Origin: a candidate division FCPU426 bacterium
GTDB taxonomy: Bacteria > Oederibacteriota > Muellerivitia > Muellerivitales > Muellerivitaceae
Direction of reading: 5' to 3'
Length of the DNA stretch: 64,000 nt
NCBI GenBank assembly: GCA_023249615.1
Contig: JAHFCG010000001.1
Location: 2,257-66,256 of the forward strand
This document shows, piece by piece, positions 59,038-64,000 of this stretch. Made by a program: the position numbers and the translations under genes. How positions within the stretch are numbered: the stretch's first letter is position 1; each line of letters begins with the position of its first letter. Below the pieces are notes generated by a model. It worked only from the letters and a program-made list of their open reading frames with translations. It was not told the DNA's origin and ran no database searches.

Positions 59038-61587
59038 CTATTCCGTAGGTGGCATCTGTTCGAAAATTTTATACATTTCTTCGTTACTTTTTAATTTTGC
59101 CCGCTCTTCCAAGATTTTATTTTTTTCAACTTCAACCATTGTTGCGGGCGCCTTCTTCAAAAATTCTTGGTTTGAAAGTCTCCCCTTCTTCGACTCGATT
59201 GATTTTTCCAATCTTTCCATTTCTTTTTTCAGTCTATTCATTTCAACGTTCTTGTTAATAAAACCCTCAACATGAAAACACAATTCACCGCCGCCAATCG
59301 GGACAGCGACCGCCAATGGAGAACGACCGATCAAATGTTCAAAATCCCGTTCATTAATGCGGGCTAAAAGTTTTAGGATTTTTACGTTTTCCTTCAACTG
59401 AAGGAATACACTTCTTTCCCCAACAAAAGTGATTTTTATCTCGGCACCAGGCAGAACACTCAGTTCACCGCGAATAACGCGAATTGCAGTTATAGCCTCT
59501 TTTAGCAACTCAAAGTCCTTGACGGCTTTTTCATCCGCCGGATAATCCCCCGGCAGGGGCCAAGAGGATTTCATGATGCTTTCCGAACGCCCCGGCAGTT
59601 TGAACCACAATTCCTCGGTCACGAACGGAATCACGGGATGAAGAAGACGCAAAACTCCCTCCAGAACCGCGATAACAACGGACGCGGCAAGTTTCTTTTC
59701 CGGAGAGTCGGGCTCCAGATAAAGCCTGGGCTTCAACGCCTCCAGGTACCAGTCGCAAACTTCGTTCCACAAAAAGCGGTAGAGGGTTTGGGAAAACTCG
59801 GCCACCCGGTATTTTTCGTAGTCGGAAGTAACCTCCGCGGTGACTTGGGAAAGGCGGGTCAGGATCCACCTGTCCTCAAGCTTCAAATTCTCCCAGTCTG
59901 GTTTTTCCAAGGGTTTCACTTCAGTACCATCCGCCAACCCCATCAAAACAAACCTTGTCGCGTTATAAAGTTTATTGACGAAATTCCGGCAGGATTCCAG
60001 CTTTTGGGGCGTCAAAGCGACATAACGCTGTTTGGTCTCGATGGAGGTCAGGGTAAACCGTAGGGCATCGGTTCCGTACTTATCGATCAAATCCAGTGGA
60101 TCGACCACATTCCCTTTCGACTTGCTCATCTTCTTGCCTTCGGCGTCCGCCACCAGGGAATACATGTAAACTTCCCGAAAAGGAACGTCGCCCATGAATT
60201 TCATTCCCATCATCATCATTCGCGCGACCCAGAAAAATATTATGTCCCAGCTCGTCACCAAAACAGTGGTGGGATAAAAAAGTTGGAGGTCATTTGTTTT
60301 TTCAGGCCAACCCAGCGTGGAAAAAGGCCACAACCCGGAAGAAAACCAGGTGTCCAGAACATCCGGATCCTGTTCAAACTTGGCTCCCTTGCACTTGGAA
60401 CATGTTTTCGGCTGGGTTTCAGACGCGGTCTGAATTCCACAATCCTGGCAGGTATAAACGGGGATTCGGTGCCCCCACCAAAGCTGGCGGCTGATGCACC
60501 AATCGTGGATGTTCGTCAGCCATTTTTCAAATTCACCCCGCCAGGCCTCCGGGACGAATTTGGTTTTTCCCTCGGCCACGGCCTTCAGCGCCAAATCCGC
60601 CAAAGGTTTCATTTTCACGAACCATTGCTTGGAATAGTAGGGCTCCACCACCGTCCCGCAGCGGGAACAATGACCGACATTGTGTTCATGCGGCTCCACC
60701 TTGATAAGGGTTCCCAGCGCCTCCAGATCCGCCACGATTTTTTTGCGGGCGTCCAACACCCGCATCCCTTTGTAGATGCCGGCGTTTTCGTTCAGGGTCC
60801 CGTCGGGGTTCAGGATGTTGACCCGGGGGAGCTGATGCCGGTTCCCCATGGCGAAGTCGTTGAAATCATGGGCGGGAGTGATCTTGACGACGCCGGTTCC
60901 GAATTCCTTGTCCACCGAATCGTCCTGGATAATGGGAATCCGCCGGTTGACCAGGGGAAGGTTCACCGATTTTCCCACCAATCCGGCGTAGCGGTAATCT
61001 TCCGGGTGAACGGCGACCGCGGTATCGCCCAAAAGCGTCTCGGGTCTTGTGGTGGCCACTTCCAGACCGTCGGCGGTGTCATGAACAAAGGAATAGCGGA
61101 GATGGTAAAAATTTCCTTGGATGGTTTTGTGTTCCACCTCGATATCCGAAAGCGCCGTTTGGCACCTGGGGCACCAGCTGATGAGGTAGTAATCCTGGTA
61201 AATCAATTTTTCGTTGAAAAGATCGATAAAAACTTTTTGAACCGCGCGGGACAATCCATCGTCCATCGTGAAACGCTCGCGGGTCCAGTCGCAGGAAGCC
61301 CCCAGTTTTCGCAGTTGGCCCATGATGGTAGCGCCGTACTTCTCCTTCCATTCCCAGGTCCGTTTAATAAACGCCTCCCGGCCCAGATCATGACGGGACT
61401 TCCCTTCTTTTTTAAGCTCCCTCTCAACAACGTTTTGGGTGGCGATTCCCGCGTGGTCGCAGCCCGGAAGCCAAAGTACATTGAACCCATTCATGCGCTT
61501 GTACCGGGCGATCAGGTCCTGAAGCGTGACATTGAGGGCGTGGCCGATATGGAGGCTTCCCGTGACATTGGGAGGAGGAATCACCAT
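59038..61587 (-). CDS. valS: Valine--tRNA ligase, main frame. The N-terminal ~33 codons appear to lie in another frame (see findings), with the probable real start at about 61688.
   Basis: MVIPPPNVTGSLHIGHALN (HIGH region)...KMSKSKGNV, anticodon-binding domain and C-terminal coiled coil. Confidence 0.9.
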   Translation of the reverse strand: MVIPPPNVTGSLHIGHALNVTLQDLIARYKRMNGFNVLWLPGCDHAGIATQNVVERELKKEGKSRHDLGREAFIKRTWEWKEKYGATIMGQLRKLGASCDWTRERFTMDDGLSRAVQKVFIDLFNEKLIYQDYYLISWCPRCQTALSDIEVEHKTIQGNFYHLRYSFVHDTADGLEVATTRPETLLGDTAVAVHPEDYRYAGLVGKSVNLPLVNRRIPIIQDDSVDKEFGTGVVKITPAHDFNDFAMGNRHQLPRVNILNPDGTLNENAGIYKGMRVLDARKKIVADLEALGTLIKVEPHEHNVGHCSRCGTVVEPYYSKQWFVKMKPLADLALKAVAEGKTKFVPEAWRGEFEKWLTNIHDWCISRQLWWGHRIPVYTCQDCGIQTASETQPKTCSKCKGAKFEQDPDVLDTWFSSGLWPFSTLGWPEKTNDLQLFYPTTVLVTSWDIIFFWVARMMMMGMKFMGDVPFREVYMYSLVADAEGKKMSKSKGNVVDPLDLIDKYGTDALRFTLTSIETKQRYVALTPQKLESCRNFVNKLYNATRFVLMGLADGTEVKPLEKPDWENLKLEDRWILTRLSQVTAEVTSDYEKYRVAEFSQTLYRFLWNEVCDWYLEALKPRLYLEPDSPEKKLAASVVIAVLEGVLRLLHPVIPFVTEELWFKLPGRSESIMKSSWPLPGDYPADEKAVKDFELLKEAITAIRVIRGELSVLPGAEIKITFVGERSVFLQLKENVKILKLLARINERDFEHLIGRSPLAVAVPIGGGELCFHVEGFINKNVEMNRLKKEMERLEKSIESKKGRLSNQEFLKKAPATMVEVEKNKILEERAKLKSNEEMYKIFEQMPPTE

Positions 61588-61710
61588 GCTAAAATTGGGT
61601 TTTTGGGAAACCCGTGAAGCGGTAAAGACCCCTCAACTTCCTTGGGCTCATAGGCTGGGGGAAGGTTTATATTCTGGTTTTCTTGCATTATTTTTCTCGT
61701 TTAAATTTTT

Positions 61711-62082
61711 TTACGCAGATAACGGCCGGTAAAGACCGATGGGTTCAAAAAGGGTTAACCAGTCTCCGAATTTCCATTTTTTTCTTCCAAAGTTCAGCAA
61801 AAGACAAACCTTAAGCTTGGTTGCTTTCAAATAGTTGTAACACTGGGCGACGTGAGCCGGATCCAAAATTTTAACCGCTTTTAACTCAACCAATACGCAT
61901 ACCTCAACCAACAAATCCGCGATATGTTCACCGACAAAAACCCCGTCGTACATTACCCGAATGGCAAACTGCTGTTTGACTTCATGTCCTTCTTTCCGCA
62001 ATTCGTGAGCCAAGGCATTTTCATAAATCTTTTCAAAAAAAACCCGCGCCCAATTCACCACCAACTTTAAAAGCATGCCCAA
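61711..62082 (-). CDS. GxxExxY family protein (PD-(D/E)XK-like)
   Basis: YENALAHELRKEGHEVKQQ...DLLVE..VLVELKAV...YNYLKATKLKVCLLLNFG matches the family pattern. Confidence 0.7.
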   Translation of the reverse strand: MGMLLKLVVNWARVFFEKIYENALAHELRKEGHEVKQQFAIRVMYDGVFVGEHIADLLVEVCVLVELKAVKILDPAHVAQCYNYLKATKLKVCLLLNFGRKKWKFGDWLTLFEPIGLYRPLSA

Positions 62083-62148
62083 TCACTTTTTCGGTTATGG
62101 CGTCCAACTCACCCGCGAATTTATTGGGCATTATTTCCCCACTTCGTT

Positions 62149-62173
62149 ATCGGCCTTTATCGGTCTTGTCGGC
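62149..62173. repeat. Related half-element: TTATCGGcctTTATCGGtcttgTCGGCG (10-bp phased)
   Basis: ATCGG at 62149 and 62159, and TCGG at 62169. Confidence 0.4.
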
Positions 62174-62184
62174 GTACAAAGGAA

Positions 62185-62775
62185 TTAATTCTTTATCTTT
62201 TCAGGCATCGGAACGGAAACAGACACATCGGCCGTCCCCAGCGCGTAGTGGCCGGCAATAGTCGGGGCATCCTGCCCATCCACCAGAATTTTAACCTGCT
62301 TGATCTCAAAAAAATTCCGGCTCAGGACCTCAATGATTCCCCTGACGAATACGGTTTCCTCAAAAAAACCAAAGCTTTCCTTTTTCATCTGGGTGGTCGA
62401 CAAATCCACCACCGCTAGGCCCTGGGGCGTGAAATAAAATTCATTCAGCGACAACCCCTCCGGAACAGGAACCTGAAATTTACCCGAACGGGGTCCCTGA
62501 ATAAAGGCCAAAACCGCCTGTTTCATCTGGTTAAAACGACTTTTACTCTGACGAATGGTCGTGGTGATGTTATAGGGTCTTCCCGTTTCCAGCTCCACCG
62601 CCTTCAGGAAAATGGTCACGGATTTGTCATGAGGCTCAAAAAGCGGCGATTGGTTTTGACGTTGAACCAGCCCCATCTTTTCAGGTGTTTGTTTTTTAAA
62701 TTTCCAAGCCGCGAAAATAACCATCCCGATGAAAAGAACGGATAGGGTTATTTTGAGGGTGCCTTTCTTTTTCAA
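62185..62775 (-). CDS. GerMN-domain lipoprotein/membrane-anchored protein
   Basis: N-terminal anchor followed by a GerMN-like domain, located directly downstream of an Amidase_3 gene. Confidence 0.55.
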   Translation of the reverse strand: MKKKGTLKITLSVLFIGMVIFAAWKFKKQTPEKMGLVQRQNQSPLFEPHDKSVTIFLKAVELETGRPYNITTTIRQSKSRFNQMKQAVLAFIQGPRSGKFQVPVPEGLSLNEFYFTPQGLAVVDLSTTQMKKESFGFFEETVFVRGIIEVLSRNFFEIKQVKILVDGQDAPTIAGHYALGTADVSVSVPMPEKIKN

Positions 62776-62785
62776 AACGGTTTCC

Positions 62786-63532
62786 TTATTGGGAAATTTG
62801 TAAAAATTCGGAGGTGGCGCTTACAACCTTGTCGGAAAAATCGGTCAAATTCCCGGAACTGGAATATTTTTTGATGTCGGAGGTGGAGGATAAAAACAGC
62901 GGGGTTAATACCACGGAGGGAAGGGTAAGGAACCTCAAACTTTGATGGGGGAGGCAAAAAACCTTTCCTTCGGGAGAGGTGGGCTCACCGGCAAGACCGC
63001 GGGTGTCGGAAAGATTTGAAAACTCGGTGTTTACACCGAGTTTTTGCCCGATGGCCCTGGCCAATTTCAGGCTGGAATGGTATAGGGCGGGGGAAACGAA
63101 ACCCCATTTTTGGATTTCGAGGGAATCACCGGCTTCGGGCCTGGTAGGAGGTTCCGCGACAAGATAGGGGCCCCTTTGGGCGCCGGTCCATTCTCGGTCG
63201 ACGTGAAGAATGATGACGGCGGAAGCCTGCGAGGTGTTAATCAATTCAATTCTTTTTTCGGGGGTAATGACACTGTCGCCCTTCCGGATCATGACAACCT
63301 CAAACCCGGCTCCCTCGAAGGCTTTTTGAAGGGCTTGGGCAATTTTGTAATTCCAATCCTTCTCAACCTCGGACTTGAACTTGACCCCGGGATCATTTCC
63401 CCCGTGAGCGGCGTCCAGAACCACCCGCGGCTTGGCCATGGCCGGGGCCGAGGCCATTAACCATAAAACCGCCAAGCCGGCGCCAAGACGCCAAGACGCC
63501 AAGAAAAAATATTTTTTAAATTTTGAAGCCAT
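62786..63532 (-). CDS. N-acetylmuramoyl-L-alanine amidase (Amidase_3, AmiC-like)
   Basis: Signal peptide followed by VVLDAAHGGNDPG, the zinc-amidase signature. Confidence 0.85.
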   Translation of the reverse strand: MASKFKKYFFLASWRLGAGLAVLWLMASAPAMAKPRVVLDAAHGGNDPGVKFKSEVEKDWNYKIAQALQKAFEGAGFEVVMIRKGDSVITPEKRIELINTSQASAVIILHVDREWTGAQRGPYLVAEPPTRPEAGDSLEIQKWGFVSPALYHSSLKLARAIGQKLGVNTEFSNLSDTRGLAGEPTSPEGKVFCLPHQSLRFLTLPSVVLTPLFLSSTSDIKKYSSSGNLTDFSDKVVSATSEFLQISQ

Positions 63533-63609
63533 AAAAAATTCACCTTTATAAAAAAAATTTCTTGTTATGAAGACGTTTAGGAAGGCAAACTTGGCGTCTT
63601 GGAGTCTCG
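63469..63609. repeat. Inverted-repeat element of the CCAAGACGCCAAG family (copy 3); it spans the amidase start codon
   Basis: gccaagccggcgccaagacgccaagacgccaagaaaaaat ... aaacttggcgtcttggagtctcg. Confidence 0.55.
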
Positions 63610-63655
63610 TTTACGCCCTCAGCCAAAGGCTGACGGGTGGTGCTGGACGTGATAT

Positions 63656-64000
63656 TTACTTTTCCTGAAATACTCCCATGGCCCTGAACTTCTCATACCG
63701 TTGGGCTTCCAGGGCGGTCGGGGACAACTCCAACAACGGCCCAAGTGTTTTGATGAGCGCTTTTTTTAAATTCTGTGCGGCCTGATCGTGGTCAAGATGG
63801 GCCCCGCCCTCGGGTTCAGGAACAATGTCATCCACAATCTTGAACGAAAGTAAATCAGGGGCCGTCAATCGGAGCACATCGGAGGCCTGCTGGATCATTT
63901 CCCTGTCATTCCAAAGAATCGCGGCGCATCCCTCGGGGGAAATCACGGAGTAAATCGAGTTTTCCATCATGAGCACCTTGTTCGCCACGCCGATTCCCAA
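63656..64000 (-). CDS. accA: Acetyl-CoA carboxylase carboxyltransferase alpha subunit, C-terminal part (the N-terminus lies beyond the window end)
   Basis: ...SVISPEGCAAILW...EAQRYEKFRAMG. Confidence 0.85.
   Translation of the reverse strand: MGIGVANKVLMMENSIYSVISPEGCAAILWNDREMIQQASDVLRLTAPDLLSFKIVDDIVPEPEGGAHLDHDQAAQNLKKALIKTLGPLLELSPTALEAQRYEKFRAMGVFQEK

Noticed and set aside
59038-59140. T-box leader for valS
   Set aside because: The structured element near valS lies downstream of its stop codon, not upstream, and lacks the T-box consensus AATTAGGGTGGNACCGCG.

Overview
This 64 kb window looks like chromosomal DNA from a Gram-negative (diderm) bacterium, about 50-55% GC, with almost every gene on the minus strand. 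From low to high coordinates it contains the following.

- A partial secreted Fn3-repeat protein (1-1661).
- A giant (~2000 aa) outer-membrane beta-barrel protein, possibly SprA/Sov-like (1883-7879).
- A LytS/LytTR-type two-component pair (8144-10236).
- lptF-lptG, convergent with an LPS lipid-A cluster: skp-lpxD-lpxC/fabZ fusion-lpxA-lpxI (10443-17307).
- Two PilZ proteins and a beta-helix surface protein (17550-19443).
- tmRNA (ssrA, 20141-20483).
- A housekeeping block: ferredoxin, yjbQ, two EamA transporters, a JAMM protease + cysteine synthase pair, eno, a fused spermidine-synthase-like protein, DUF1015, nrdR, argB, topA and dprA (20528-34737).
- A large atypical chemosensory cluster of about 22 kb (34755-56471), followed by coaX-birA-nadC, valS (apparent frameshift), GxxExxY, GerMN-amiC, and the C-terminus of accA (56440-64000).

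The chemosensory cluster carries cheA, cheB, cheR, cheD, two cheW, two cheY and two cheC but no MCP. Interleaved with these are TPR proteins, a PII-like protein, a MshEN-CheW fusion, a degenerate GGDEF protein, a PilT-TPR fusion ATPase and two DUF2723/GT-C-like TPR membrane proteins. I consider this the best candidate for an undescribed system.

Several families of intergenic repeats and hairpins recur across the window.

The ORF track uses longest ORFs with ATG/GTG/TTG starts, so several N-termini appear over-extended. All calls rest on reading the translations and sequence by eye; no database searches were run.
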